From Eledone cirrhosa (Eukaryota), in the NCBI GenBank assembly GCA_964016885.1, contig OZ024741.1, positions 81,592,001-81,656,000 on the forward strand: a stretch of DNA of 64,000 nucleotides. The letters are read 5' to 3'. Of this stretch, positions 1 to 14,064 are shown piece after piece. The first letter of the stretch is position 1. Every line of letters begins with the position of its first letter. Below the pieces are notes generated by a model. The model did no database searches. It worked only from the letters and a program-made list of their open reading frames with translations, and had not been told where the DNA came from. A program made the position numbers and the translations under genes.

Positions 1-341
1 ATTTACAAACAAAGTTTATGAAGTGAAAAGAAAAAAGAAAAATGAAAAAAAAACGTGCATAATGCGGAACGTAAAAAGTCAATGTGGAAGAAAAAATAAT
101 GTTATTTACAAGCACAGTCATTGAAGTTAAAACGTGTTAATATAGCAAGAGTGCTTAGTTGATCCATGATTCCGTGATGGAGGCAAATGGTGGACTGAGG
201 TTTGATATGATTTCCCTTTTTAGAGAGTTAATATACAGGGGAAGCAATTCTTGCTGGGTGATATTTAATTTATTTAAGAAAAAGGATTAGGTAGGGTGTG
301 ATGGAGGTAACTCTTGTAAATGTTTGATTGTTTGTTGCAGT

Positions 342-1635
342 TTTAGATTGGTCCGATTTTTAGAGCATTAAGTAGGGGTTGAAATTTATTAATGAAATGT
401 GTTTCCTTATTGGTACGTTGGATGAAAGTAGCGTTGTCTATGAATTTATAAATGGGGAAAATTTTAAAGTTTGGATGTTGGTTGAGAGCACAATTGGCGA
501 TATGTTCACTAAATGCAATCTTTCTTATTCCTGTATTTTAATTTGTGATTTATGGACGGTCATACGTTGACGGAGGTTGTTTTTTGTCTATCCTATGTAG
601 TGCTCTTGACAACATGAGCAGGCAAAACATAGATAAGGTTTTCAGATGCACATGTAAAGTTGTGTTTAACTGTGAAACGTTGTCCTTGTTTAAAATGGAA
701 TGTTGAACCTTCTATTAGATTTATGCATATGCCACAGTTGGGCCTTCCGCATTTTGTTACTGTAGGGTTCATTGTGAGGGTTTGTTGGATTTTGGCTTGT
801 GTGGGGATGTTTTTTATGGATTTGGGTTATCTTTTGCTCTTTATGTTGTTGTGTGTTTGGAGGATATTGTTCATTCTTGGATCTCTTTTTAGTAAAGGAA
901 TGTTCTGGAGGATGGTGTCGAATGCCCCATTGTTGAGGGGGTTGTGTGTCGAGATGTATGGTAGAGTTTTTTGTTGCGATTCATTCCTGGGTTTGGGGTG
1001 TCTGAGTTCCTGGATGTCTAGTTTTAGGGCACGTTGGAATCCATTGATGATTAGGGATGGTGGGTAGTTTCTGCTGATAAGTGTGTTTTTTAATTCTTCT
1101 AGTCGTGTGTAGCATGTGTATTTATCTGAAACTATTGTGCAGATCCTTCTGGCTAGGTTACAAGGAATTGCCATTTTGGTGTGTCTAGGGTGGCACGAGT
1201 TGAATGGAATGTATTGTTTTGAGTCTGTGGGTTTGTAGTATATGTCTGTTTCTATTTTGTTGCTTGTTTTCTTGATGGGGATGTGGAGGAAAGGGAGTTG
1301 TTTATGGCTATAATCCATTGTGAATTGTAAGTTAATGTTGAGTCCATTCAGAAGGGTTTTGAACTCAAACAGTCTATCTATACTTTCATGCCAGAGGATG
1401 AAGCAGTCGTCCAGATATCTCTTCCAGTTCTTTTCTGTATGTTGGTAGAAGTGGTTGCCGTATTTGTCTAGAACTTTGCGGTAGAGAATGGTTTCCAAAT
1501 ATCCCATGACAAGGTTGGCGTATGAGGGGGCCACTTTCGTGCCCATGACAGTCCCAGATTTCTGTCTGTAGTATTTGCCATTGAATTCGAAGAAATTGTT
1601 TTCCAAGATGAAATATACGTACGATGTAATATATA
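342..1635 (-). pseudogene. Penelope-like element (Neptune-type) RT C-terminal half + GIY-YIG endonuclease, 5'-truncated and disrupted
   Basis: ORF 827..1672 has PLE RT motifs (GTVMGTKVAPSYANL, WKRYLDDCF, DIYYKPTD). Past the stop at 827 the frame continues to the knuckle CGRPNCGIC, then, after a frameshift, LIYVL..CSCCQEHYIG*TKNNLRQRMTVH (GIY-YIG). Confidence 0.9.
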
Positions 1636-2174
1636 CAGTATTTCTTCTCCCAATCAGCATAATCAACCACACAAAAAATCAATTAAACAAGGCTATAAGA
1701 TTAAAAGGCACCTATGAAGACACAATAGATAAATAAACGATAGCTATCTATCCGCGATCAACAGCCACAGAATATTTACCCAGTATTTCTAATAGCCCGT
1801 GGAAATCGATTAGATATATCGCCAACCATACACAATTAGGTACAAAATCAAAGTTAGAAGAAAAAATGTATATAAGCAAACACCAAAATTATGTCTCTAC
1901 CCCATGAGATTTCATTCGCTTTTTGGAAATATCCGATCAAGGATAAATTCACGAGTTTCGAAATCATCAGGAAACAAACTCAATTGGACAAAGATTTTTC
2001 TTAAATGGTCCCCGCCAGAAACGAATTCAAAAGGGCTAAGAACTGTGAGGTGGCTAGTAGTCAAGTCAGAAAGTTTGTGATTGGTGCCTTAAGGCGAGTA
2101 GGCTGGTTGCTAGAAAGCGCAGCCGAATACTGCCTAAATTGTTTCTAAAACATATGGGAGATTATCAAATATAT

Positions 2175-2421
<247 letters not shown>

Positions 2422-2574
2422 TGAGTGAGAGTTGGTATCAAAAGTGTTAGAGTTTTGACCTATTAGGGTTATAACTGGTCCTTATTTTCAATAAACTCGC
2501 AAAAGGTTTCATGGCCATGAACGTCCCCTGGAGAGCGTGTGTGAAAATACCTTCCCGTTTTTGTTTTTGTTTCA

Positions 2575-2728
2575 TTCTTCTTCTTCTTCTTCTTCTTCTT
2601 CTTCTTCTTCTTCTTCTTCTTCTTCTTCTTCTTCTTCTTCTTCTTCTTCTTCTTCTTCTTCTTCTTCTTCTTCTTCTTCTTCTTCTTCTTCTTCTTCTTC
2701 TTCTTCTTCTTCTTCTTCTTCTTCTTCT
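2575..2728. repeat. (CTT)n microsatellite
   Basis: Perfect trinucleotide run; source of the poly-R/L/S ORFs. Confidence 0.98.
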
Positions 2729-2732
2729 CAAT

Positions 2733-2778
2733 TTTACTTTTGAAAAAATCATAAGAACTGTGAAACCGGTAAAGTAAA
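2733..2778 (+). ncRNA. Minimal type I hammerhead ribozyme, U3-A8 core variant, weak stem II
   Basis: tttactt TTGAAAA aatcat aagaa ctgt GAAA ccgg TA aagtaaa: 7-bp stem I, palindromic stem III ACCGGT. Confidence 0.6.
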
Positions 2779-2815
2779 TATATATATATATATATTTTAT
2801 TTATATATATATATA

Positions 2816-2883
<68 letters not shown>

Positions 2884-3597
2884 AATTATACGTTACACAT
2901 TCATGCACCATAAACGTTTAAAATATCAATTTTATCTTTAATCACCAACATATTACCTTACCATTAAAGACTGTGATAGACATATGGGCAACTTAAGAAT
3001 TACGGAAGCCGTCGACTAAACCCGCAAATAAATAATAGACTAGAACTCAGCACACAGTACCTAACATAAAAAGGCACATCCACAGGCACACAAACTAAAC
3101 ATCTCATATCAAAAAGAAAATTGATTTCTCGAAATGTTATATTGGCAATTGACGTCATTAAGGTGGAAGGCGAAGTAACCATGGAAAAACGCTTGAAAAC
3201 GAAGAAAAAAAATCAAAATCAAAATTTTATTCCAAAGAGAAGGTTCTGTAAACCCTGATAAAGGGACTTTTAGGTCCCTAAATATTGGACAGATAAAAGA
3301 AGAAGAACAACAAAACAAAACAAAGATTACCAGGTAACTTTTACTTTTCGTTACCGCATCTTACAGTCCATTTTGCATTGTTCAGCCTTCTATCTCTTTC
3401 AACGTCATATATTATATATAATGCTTGAAGCAAACTATAACATTTTATTATAAGTTTCTCTTATATAAACCATTGATTTATAAAAACTAAAATTTCCCAT
3501 TTGGTAATCCTGGAACCTATGGCATATCAAACTTGAACTCCAAGAATTAAATACGTTTAACGCTATTGTCGTCATTATCGACGGGAAGGGTTCACTA

Positions 3598-3655
<58 letters not shown>

Positions 3656-3695
3656 AATAGTAATAAATGGAAAATATCACTATAGCATCATATTA

Positions 3696-3753
3696 ATTTT
3701 ATTATACGTATTTCAAGGATACCGAATTATGGTATGCTTTCATCAGATAAAAT
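3696..3753 (-). ncRNA. Type I hammerhead ribozyme, canonical core
   Basis: Minus strand: attttat CTGATGA aagcatacc ataattc ggtatcctt GAA ATACGTAT A ataaaat. Confidence 0.85.
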
Positions 3754-3884
3754 ACAATGTGTGATGTATAAGATAGTGACATACCCAAAGTATAAACTTA
3801 TGAACATAACTCTGTTGAATATTCATCAACAAAGCAGACAACTCATTGTTTATATATATATATATGTGTGTGTATGTGTGTGTC

Positions 3885-3936
<52 letters not shown>

Positions 3937-4226
3937 TGTGTGTGTGTGTGTGCGTATGTGTATGTGTGTGCGCGCGCGCGCGCGCGCGCGTGTGTGTGTG
4001 TGTGTATTCATGTGTATGAGTATAATATTAAATATTTTCACCATGTGTGTGTAGTTAACTAACTGGAATATATCAGAGGTTAGAAAGATATTTATCCATA
4101 TCTATCCATAGCTGGCCATAAATTTACCACTTTGTGAGAGTCAAATGCAAATGTCTGAACATTTTCTAGCTTGTGATATCATAAAGAAGTTTTTGTACAA
4201 AGTATGCAATAAACAAACACAAAACA

Positions 4227-4272
<46 letters not shown>

Positions 4273-4539
4273 GTTTCTGATATAGGTACAACAATAATAA
4301 TGATAAAAAGAATGACTATACACACCAATAGCGACGTCGTCGAAGACAATTTAAAATTTGACTTGATAAATACTGAATATAAATCAGTTTTTTTGATATG
4401 GAGAGTGGGCTCATTAAAACAAAAATTGTTTTTTCTTTATATTTCTACATTTACATTTACAAGTTAACTGGAAAGAGCCGACAATAAAATAAAATAAATT
4501 CCAGATGATTCTACTTCCAGAGTCACTAAATATATGATA

Positions 4540-4692
4540 TAGCTCTGTGGTGTGGCTAAAGAATTCACTTCACAATCACCCAGGTTCGGATTCAGTCCCA
4601 CAGCGTGGAATTTTGGACATTTACTATATCTGTGAGTTGATGAATGTCTTATGAGTGAAACCTTATAGACGGAAACTGTGCAGAATTCGTTA
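4540..4692 (+). mobile_element. tRNA-derived SINE, decayed (second SINE family)
   Basis: A-box-like gtggtgtggctaaag and B-box-like ggttcggattcagtccc; related copies at about 7150-7315, 28832-28985, 30290-30450(-), 47400-47520(-). Confidence 0.65.
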
Positions 4693-4751
4693 CACACACA
4701 CAAACACACACCAACACACACACACACAAGTGCACACACACAAACGCACAC

Positions 4752-5013
4752 ACATCATCATCATCAATCGTTGACTACTGTCGAGATGATGGATCCCACT
4801 CTCATGCCCCAGAATCCCCTGTCCCCCATCGCTGCCCCCAGGTCCTGTCTGCTGATTCCCGTATCCCTAGAGATAACGTCAGGGAATGACAGCTTCTTAC
4901 TCCTAGTCAGGCTGGAGTCAGGGTTCCAGAGCAAGAGAGCGGATATGATTTCATTGCTGGCACGGTGATAGTGGCCAGCAAATTGAGCTCTCCGGGATTT
5001 TAGAAGGGCAGAG

Positions 5014-5014
<1 letters not shown>
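4752..5014 (-). mobile_element. 3' fragment of an RTE/RTE-X-like LINE
   Basis: Peptide [26 protein letters not shown]...AMGDRGFW followed by a (GAT)n tail; GC-rich island in (CA)n. Confidence 0.7.
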
Positions 5015-5084
<70 letters not shown>

Positions 5085-5094
5085 TATATATGTA

Positions 5095-5195
<101 letters not shown>

Positions 5196-5215
5196 ATATA
5201 TATATATATATATAT

Positions 5216-5312
5216 GCAAGATGTTCCCCAAAATGTATACACACTTTGATTACCGATACTGGCAATATTTATTAGAATGCTGTTGAAGTGTGTATACTTT
5301 TTTTGGACACTG
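5216..5312. mobile_element. Small Tc1/mariner-like MITE remnant
   Basis: Imperfect terminal inverted repeats (ccaaaatgtatacacactttga / ttgaagtgtgtatacttttttttgg) with TA-rich flanks. Confidence 0.5.
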
Positions 5313-5343
5313 TATATAATGTGTGTATGTGTGAGTTGAGTAT

Positions 5344-5524
<181 letters not shown>

Positions 5525-6154
5525 AAAGTAAAAAACAAAAGCAATAACAAAGAGTGCAGTACGAACGGTGTTGGTATATATATATACATACATACATTTT
5601 AATTTTAGGTGCTTGTTTTTATATATGTATATATATTTGCATCGGCCCTTTCCTCTCTCATTAGCCTGCAGCTTTAGAGATGCTTATTTCAATATTTATA
5701 TTTTCAGGAATGCATGTCTTTCAGAGAAGACAAAAAACAAAAGAAAAATCAAAACAAAAAAAACATGAACCTAAAGAAGACGAATGCAAAATTGACAACA
5801 ATAAAAAAGAAGAAAAAATAAACCAACAAATGAATATCTAGAAGAAATAAACAATACAAACAAATAAATAAAAATCCATAGAATTTGTAGTTTAACCTCA
5901 GTCTCCAACAAAAAAATCTGCTTTTAAACACGCGTCAATATTTTTGTGGCTCTTTTTGTTTTGTATTCTTCGTTTTTATTTCAATTTTTTATTATTGTTA
6001 TCTTGAGCCAATATATCTGATTCTGATTTTGAATTTCTGATGAAAAGGAAAAATTTAAATGCCGAACATCAAACGGATCTATTTTTTTGAAGGTTGGCAC
6101 CGAAGTGTGTCGAAGCTCTAGAGAAATAAATAATAAATAAAATAAATAAAAGAG

Positions 6155-6237
<83 letters not shown>

Positions 6238-6248
6238 TATATATAATA

Positions 6249-6308
<60 letters not shown>

Positions 6309-6819
6309 TATAAATCTATCCTAATTAGGAAGTGTTTTTACGCTCATTAAACATGCAAATTTTATAACGGAACTCTACTCTTTTATGGTCAGCTTGTTGT
6401 TAATGTTGATGTTGATGTTGTTGTTGTTGTTATTATTATTATCATTTTAATATCAGCAGAAACTATATACTTCCTAGTCATTACGCCATATTCGTTTCAT
6501 TTCATTCTCTCCTCATGACTAAACTAGTTAACAGTTAAGCTGAAATGAGACAAATCCGCCGTCAAAGAAATGAAAATATGGAGGGAAAATTTGATTTTTT
6601 TCGCCACCATTTTTCATTTTTTCTTCTTCTTTCCACATGTCTAATTACAAATGCCAGTTAGTTACCATTTCTCGCATTTATTTAATGAGGCAACAAGATT
6701 TTTATGATGCGTCGTAAAAATGATTTATTTAATCTAATATGGAACTCCTGCCACTGTATGAAGCTTTTAGAAGATCAGCTATCTAATTGGATACGTAATT
6801 TTGGTTGAATGTAGTCACG

Positions 6820-7170
6820 ACTAAGTGGTTAAGGAGCGTTCAACGTAGGTATGGTGGAGTAGTTAAGGAGTTGGACGTGGAGTAGTTGTGTATCTAAAGA
6901 GTGTTGGACGAGTGTTGGGTGAGTGATTAAGGAGTTTTGGATTCACACTTGGATGAGTTGTTAAGTCTTGCATGTACGTGGCATGGTTTAACACTTAAGG
7001 AGCCTTGGACGCAGGTATAGATGAGTGGTTAAGGAATCTTGGACGCAGGTATGGATGAGTGGTTAAAGAGTCTTGGACGTAGGCATGTTTGAATGGTTAA
7101 GGCTTGCATTTATGTCGCATGGTTTAACGGTTAAGGAGTCTTGGGTGATAGCATGGTTGAGTGGTTAAGA
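6820..7170 (+). repeat. Minisatellite of about 30-bp units derived from a SINE A-box head
   Basis: Unit ttggacgcaggtatggatgagtggttaaggagtc repeated about 10 times, running into a SINE at 7150-7315. Confidence 0.75.
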
Positions 7171-7844
7171 AGTTTGCTTCACAATCATGAGGGCCCATCC
7201 TGGATTTGATCTTACTGTGTCGCATCATGGGTAAGTGTATTTTACCATAGCTCCGAGTAGGCCCAAGCCTTTAGAGAGAAATTGGGTAGGTGGCGGAAAT
7301 TGTATGGATTGCTCCTGTAATTCAAATGTCACTTATTAACCCACGCTGATTCTGCTTATAAATTATGCTGAAGGTCTGTGGAATGTTCAGCCACTTAAAT
7401 ATTAATTCATAAACAGGACATTAGTTGCTTAGAAAACTGAATGCGCTTCGTCGAAACTGACGGAGAATACATCAGCATCATCCTATCCCTATATTAGAAA
7501 ATATTTTTGTTGTAGTACCGTGGTTCTTATTGTTTAGTCTCAAGTTTCCAGACATAACCTTATCGTCTTTTATTTTGATACACAATGAATCTTCCTTCAG
7601 TTTTAATGATGAGCATTTGCTTGTTTGATCAACCTTTATATTCTATGTAGTACGTATGTTTCTCCTATAACAATGCAATTATATCTGTATCTTCTTCCCC
7701 TCTCTCTCTTTGCATGTCTCTTTCTCTTTCTCTCTGTCTCTCATTCTTTCTATTTGTATATTTCTCTTTCTTATTTATTTATCTATCACGCGTCTTTATC
7801 TTCGTTCTATCTATCCACTATATAAATATTCCACATAATTTAAA

Positions 7845-7940
7845 CTTTAATTCGCAATCGTGACGTTGTGAGTTCGATTCCTGGACCGGGCGATGCGTTA
7901 TGTTCTTGAGCAAGACACTTTATTTTCACTTTGCTCCTTC
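7845..7940 (+). mobile_element. CORE-type tRNA SINE fragment
   Basis: B box gagttcgattcc followed by tgttcttgagcaagacacttta. Confidence 0.55.
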
Positions 7941-8204
7941 TACCTTTGCGACTGATAGTTTTAGCAATTCGATAGACCAAGGAAACATTGTCTCCTCGGT
8001 CTGATTTGATGAAAGTCGGTCAAACCTTATATCGAATAAGCGTCATACCAAATATTGAGAAAACTGGACCATTAAATTACACATAAAATACATATATACA
8101 ATTCCATTTACAAGGCTTAGATCAATTCCAGGTGTATGAAAAAGACAGTTGTCCAAGATTGCAGCACTGTGAGATCTAACCCGAAACATAATGAGTTCTA
8201 CTAT

Positions 8205-8390
8205 AAGCACAAGACCAGCAATTTTTGGGGAGGGAAAGTCGATTAAATTGACACTAGTGCAATAGTGGTGCTTTATTTTATTGACCTCGTAAGGATGAAA
8301 GGTAAAGTTAACCTCGGCTGCATTTGAACTCAGAACATAAAGGGCCGTCACTCTATGCTGCAAATCTTGGTGTTCGAAGTTCTACTGAAA
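8205..8390 (-). mobile_element. Dominant tRNA-derived SINE
   Basis: Central block cctttcatccttacgaggtcaataaaataaag and B box gagttcaaat on the minus strand. Confidence 0.75.
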
Positions 8391-9142
8391 TAATGAATGC
8401 AGAGAGTCCTTCTTATCCACCCAGCATGTACTACATTTTTTCTTTTTCTTTTCTTTTGATACATAGTGGATCTAGTACGATAGTATCAAATGATTCCTTC
8501 ATGTATGTATGTATGTATGTATGTATGTATGTATGTATGTATGTATGTATGTATGTATGTATGTATGTATGTATGTATGTATGTATGTATGTATGCATGT
8601 ATGTATGCATGCATACATGCATGTATGTATGTATGTATGTATGTATGTATGTATGTTTGTATTTACTTCTGGTTTTATAATTTTACAAATTTTTGCCAAT
8701 AGAGAGAAAGTCGGTTTCTAACAAAGACACAAGACTCTCTCATTGGAATTTACACAACATCAACTAGGTAGATATCTATGTATGTCTGCATGCATGCATG
8801 TGTGTGCAGGTATCGATGTTACTGTATGCGTGGATGTGTATGTTTTGATACAAACATCAATGTGTGCATGTGCATATGCTTTGTATCTGTACGTGTGTAA
8901 ATGCAGTTATTAGATGCAAAATCTTTGGAATATTTTACATACTTTTACTGTTCCATTAATGGATTGTACTTGTAATTACCTAACTAGTTGTGTTCTTTCT
9001 GTTTCTGTGAAGCCCAGCTTCTCAAGATTTGTATTGAGGCAGTTACTAACACATTCCAGTGCCCCAATAATCACAGGCATAAATCTGTATGTATGTATGT
9101 ATTTATGCGTGTATGTATGTCTTTATGTATGTATGTATGTAT

Positions 9143-9826
9143 GATTTCTCTTTCTCTTAATTTCGAGTATATTTTTTTGACCGGCCACCTTCCTGGTGGC
9201 AAGGTTGTAAAAGAAAAGAAATTGTCATCCCTTGAATCGCAAGAATGTTTTGCATATTTTGAAGGTGCCAGCTATCGCAGCCATTTGTAGACTATGAATT
9301 AGGGAGCTGCGCTTTTTGTCCGCAAATCCAAGTTTGGTCATACTTTGGTCCAAGCGGGTTGGTATATAACCCGTAGCACCAATAATGATGGGTATGAAGC
9401 TAAAGGTGTATCTTGGATACTGGATTTGTAAGCTCCTCATCAATGGTCCGTAGATGTCCTCCTTCTCCTGTATTTTTCTGACAACGTTTACATCAAGTGG
9501 GCAGCTGATCTCCACAACAGAACACGTTTTCAATGTGTGGTCCCAAACTACAATATCAGGCCGGTTGTGCTTTAATTTGGTGGCAGTTTTTATTTTCAGG
9601 TTCCACCAGTATTCCTTAGTGCCATCTGTCTCAATATATTCTTCCTCGTTTGTTGTTAATTTTGTTTTCCGAAGTGCGTTCCAGATAGTTCTAGCTATCC
9701 CATCGTGTCTCATGGGGAGGTAGTAGCGAGATGACATTCTTTCGCAGCTGGCAACAATGTGGCTTACATCCTCGATCTTTGTTTTACATAGCCTACATTT
9801 ATTGTCAGCTGCTGGCCCTCCTCTTT
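9143..9826 (-). mobile_element. 5'-truncated RLE-type non-LTR retrotransposon (R4/NeSL-like) in (TACA)n
   Basis: CRLCKTKIEDVSHIVASC zinc knuckle, RHD, NRPDIVVWD...EISCP...EKEDIY (PD-D/ExK). 3' UTR hairpin gccacc/ggtggc. (CATA)n on both sides. Confidence 0.88.
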
Positions 9827-9844
9827 TGTATGTATGTATGTATG

Positions 9845-9875
<31 letters not shown>

Positions 9876-11022
9876 GTTTAATTGTTATTTTTAACAGTTT
9901 CATTAACGGGATTTCACTCCAGAGTATAGTAAAAGACAAGTGCTCAAAAAAGTAACACGCTGTGGGATCGAAACCAAAACTGCGTAGTGCAAAGCGAATT
10001 TCTCTTACCATATTTACATTCATATTCGAACTAAGCATATAAAAGGGACGTGACTAAGCACTGGCTTGGATGAAAATCGTTAAGGCATAAACACGAAAAA
10101 TGGCGTCATTCACCCACCCCACACTTCGTACTTTTATTGAAGGTATTAGCGAAATAAGTGAAGCAAAATTAATTCAACGAAGATTCAAAATCTAATGGCG
10201 GATTCAGTTCTAACGGGACTTCGTTCTACTTTCACGCTCACCTCGCTGAGAGAATAACAATAAGAACAGTAGCAACAAAACAACAACAACAACAGCAATA
10301 AAGAAGACAGCAATAACAACAACAACAACAGCAGCAGCAGCAACCAGAATAGAAAGTTTTTAGAAGATTAGTAAATTGATGGATTGTTAGTAATGGTAGC
10401 AGTAACAGCCACAACTGTAACAACAACAACTGTAACAACAGCAACAACTGTAATAACAGCAACAACACTTCTGCAACAGGCCACACATATCTCTTCCTTA
10501 TATCTGTTAGTTAAATAGTAATAGTGTTCCTCACACTGTTATAAATACTAGCTTCTTATTATACTCAATATATGTGGTATGTGTCTTCTATTTCAATGCA
10601 TCTGTCTTTGTATCTTTTTGTTTCTCTCTCTCTCTCTCCCCTCTCTCTCTCACTCTGTTTGCCTCACTGCATCTTCGCGCTTTGTGTGTTTCTCTTTCTC
10701 TCCTCTTATATATCACACATCTTTCCTTTCGTTCATCCTATTCCACACAAAAGCTAATTGAGATTAGTAAAGAACGAAAACTTCAAAATGGAGACGAAAC
10801 AGAATGCAGTGTTAACGCAAATACACACATTACACACATATACCCACTTACACACACAGACAACACACGCACACATACGAACATAATTATACACATATTC
10901 AAAAATACATGTATATGTATGTATATGTGTGTGCATATATATATATATATAAATGCGTGCGTGTGTGTGTACATATATTTATCTCTCTCTATATATATAT
11001 ATGTATATATATACATATATAT

Positions 11023-11058
<36 letters not shown>

Positions 11059-11130
11059 AAATACACACATTCATATACCTATATAACTGCAAACGTACAC
11101 GCAGACGCACACATACACATACACATACAT

Positions 11131-11186
<56 letters not shown>

Positions 11187-11786
11187 TCGCAAGAAGACAA
11201 TGTTCAAAAGCTTTTGTAAGTAAACTTAATTCTCGAAGAATCTCCAAGGTAATTGTTACTATTTGTTATTTGGTTTGGCCTCAGACAAAAGGGGCTAGAA
11301 TATATTTGGACAATTCTTTAATCTTCTTGTCTCAAGTGGAATGGTAACCAGCCAAGCATCATGTACATTCGCATTCGATAAAGATCTGTGCACGAAGAAT
11401 AAGAATAACATTTCTTTTATACTCTGGTAAAAGCATCCTTTTCTTTTTGTGTCAATACATGTTAGTCTATTCTATTCTTTGTAATTCACGTCAGCTCAAT
11501 TGCAAAGAGCGCTTTTAGGATTGGGAGTGCCTTTTAACGTAATACCAAACTTTCATAAAATTACACCTACACGCCTAAACTGTTCGAAATCAACACATAC
11601 CACACACAATACAAACACGCAAACTCGTAAACACATTGACATATATGCATGTGCTCATATATATGCAACTCTGTGATGATGAAAGCGCACCATAGTTTGC
11701 TCTGGTGGCCCTTGAAATATGTATAATGAAATAAATATGGTTTTATAAATATAGTTTCCATTTGTTAATATAGTATATATATATAC

Positions 11787-11878
<92 letters not shown>

Positions 11879-12328
11879 TTCAAGAGTAACCAATCTTAAA
11901 GAGAGAGATGGAGATAGGAGAGGAGATATGAGAGGAGAGTTTGGTGAATTAGTTAGAAGCCAAAGCTTAAAGGCATGTGCTCAATGTGCAATATGCAGTA
12001 GAAAGCAGCTAGGTGGCTGGGTTCATGCAGAAGTTAGGTGCGCAGAGCTGGAAATATTCATTAGTTAAGCAAAACAAGACCACAAATTTTACAAGGAAGA
12101 CATTATTAAAAGATTGTCAACTTATTTTAGTTTGATGTAAGGAATGTAGAGAATAATAATAATAATATTAATAATAATAATGTCCGTTTACAATTGTTTG
12201 GCTACTCCATATAATATTTCTGGATCAGATGACTATATATCATAATTGATCTGGTTCAGTTGAAAATAATTAACATATTTAAAAAACAGAGCGGCTCATT
12301 GGAACTTCAAAGGAATATAAATTAAAAT

Positions 12329-12515
12329 AATTGTTTCTACTTTAGGCACAAGGCCAGCAATTACCCAGTACATTACTGGTACTTTATTTTATCGACCCCG
12401 TAAGGATGAAAGGCAAAGTCAACCTCGGCGGGATTTGAACTCAGACCATAAAGGGACGTAACTATGCTGGAAAGCATGGTATCCGACCCTCTACCGATAC
12501 TGCCAATCCACCGCC
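12329..12515 (-). mobile_element. Dominant tRNA-derived SINE, full-length
   Basis: Minus strand: ggcggtggattggcagtatcggtag (A box), gagttcaaatcc (B box), gcctttcatccttacggggtcgataaaataaagtaccag, tail ggccttgtgcctaaagtagaaacaattatt. Confidence 0.85.
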
Positions 12516-12785
12516 AATATAAATTAAAATAATGAGAGAATGTTACATAATATAATGTTTCATATATTGGTTTTTCACTATGGTGTCTTGGTTGCATCAG
12601 TTGTCAGCCATAATCAAGCAGTATTCATCTGTCGAGGCTGCATTGTGTGAGATCTGGTAGATCTCACACAATGCAACCTCGACAGGGAGGAAATATCCTA
12701 TTGTCCAGCTTCCATTAGCGGAACCATTAGGCGACACCGCCGCTCACGCAATGTAACATGATTCAATCCTCCCCACAACACCGAG

Positions 12786-13511
12786 GTGACAACTCCTATC
12801 GGGAAAATCTTCTTTAGGATCATCGAAAAACACTTCCCACTACAACACCGCTACCACAACATAATCAACAAAAATACCATCAAACTCTCCTACAGCACCA
12901 CACCTAACTTTGCACAAAACATCGTCTCCTCTAACAACAAAAAACTCAACCCCTATGGAAGAAATAACTTAAATAGCAGTGGAGAGCCGACCAGGAGGTG
13001 CAACTGTCCTGATGGATCCATTTGCCCCCTCGACAACAGATGCAGAGATCGTAATGTGATCTACCAGTGCAACGTGAGGACGGACAGCTCCAACAAAGCT
13101 TATATAGGATTAACCGCATGTGACTTCAAGACCCGGCTATACCAACACAGACATACTTTCCGAAACCCGGCCCGGCGTCACGCCACCACACTTTCGGGCC
13201 ACATCTGGGACCTCAAAGATAACAATATTACCTATGATCTCACTTGGAGCTTACTCTCCAGAGCCAACCCTTACACGGGAGGACGCCGTCCGTTCAATTT
13301 ATGCTCGGAGGAAACTTTACAAATGGTGTTTTCGACGGACCAACTCCTAAACAAGAAAGACGAACTGGTAACTGCATGCAAACACAGATTGCGTAGGACT
13401 TACTTCGCCCTCAAACCCCATAATGACCGGGGGGGGGGGGGGGGGGTAGACAAGGGCTGTAACACCCCACTTGCCGACTTTGTAATGGGTAACCCCTGCT
13501 TGCAAAGGTAG
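12786..13511 (+). CDS. PLE C-terminal GIY-YIG endonuclease fragment
   Basis: Upstream in-frame *FNPP, CNCPDGSICPL (CxCx5C), VIYQC...YIGLT...RLYQH. Confidence 0.88.
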   Translation: MTTPIGKIFFRIIEKHFPLQHRYHNIINKNTIKLSYSTTPNFAQNIVSSNNKKLNPYGRNNLNSSGEPTRRCNCPDGSICPLDNRCRDRNVIYQCNVRTDSSNKAYIGLTACDFKTRLYQHRHTFRNPARRHATTLSGHIWDLKDNNITYDLTWSLLSRANPYTGGRRPFNLCSEETLQMVFSTDQLLNKKDELVTACKHRLRRTYFALKPHNDRGGGGGVDKGCNTPLADFVMGNPCLQR

Positions 13512-14017
13512 ACGTAAGATTTTCTTTTATATCTTTTTATCGTTTCCTCTATATTTCCTTCTTCCCCCATCCCTTCCTAGTCCTTCCACCCCAGTCCTCC
13601 TTCTTTGTCGTCGTCCTTTTCACTTTCTCGCCCACCCCGAGGCAGCCCCTCGGTCCTTTGTAGCCTCAGTACCCCCACCCCCATCCCCTATTCTATGATA
13701 GAATTGGCCGACTCCGCTTTTTATAGCAGATGTAATTGACCCCAGATATTTGCTTTCTTATCCGATGGCTGCCCCATTTCCGTGCTTTCTACATTTCTTA
13801 ATGGTATCTCTGCTTTAGTTTCTCGTATATCAGTATTTATTTTTTTGGGGTGGTGGGGTGGGTGGGATTCTGAATTAATTTTCCGTATCAAATTTTTCAT
13901 ATATATCGTACGAGCATTTATGTAGTTTGTACTAGAATTTTTGTATCGTAGCGGCACCCTTAGAGATAGTATTAGTATTCATTTTCGGGATTCTGAATTA
14001 TTATTTCGTATTAGTTT

Positions 14018-14064
14018 ATGTTTTGCACTGGGTGATTGCTGGCCTTGTGCCTAGGGTAGAAACA
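14018..14064 (+). mobile_element. SINE 3' tail fragment with 18-bp target-site duplication
   Basis: attatttcgtattagttt at 14000-14017 and 14065-14082 flanks ...ttgctggccttgtgcctagggtagaaaca. Confidence 0.75.

Noticed and set aside
2447-2777. Poly-Arg/Leu/Ser ORFs
   Set aside because: Frames of a (CTT)n repeat
6820-7170. CRISPR-like array
   Set aside because: No unique spacers, degenerate units, no cas genes, eukaryotic context
12759-12761. In-frame TGA upstream of the Naiad ORF as selenocysteine (some Naiads encode selenoproteins)
   Set aside because: It replaces the Trp of WFNPP (TGG to TGA), not a Cys, and I identified no SECIS; most likely a nonsense mutation
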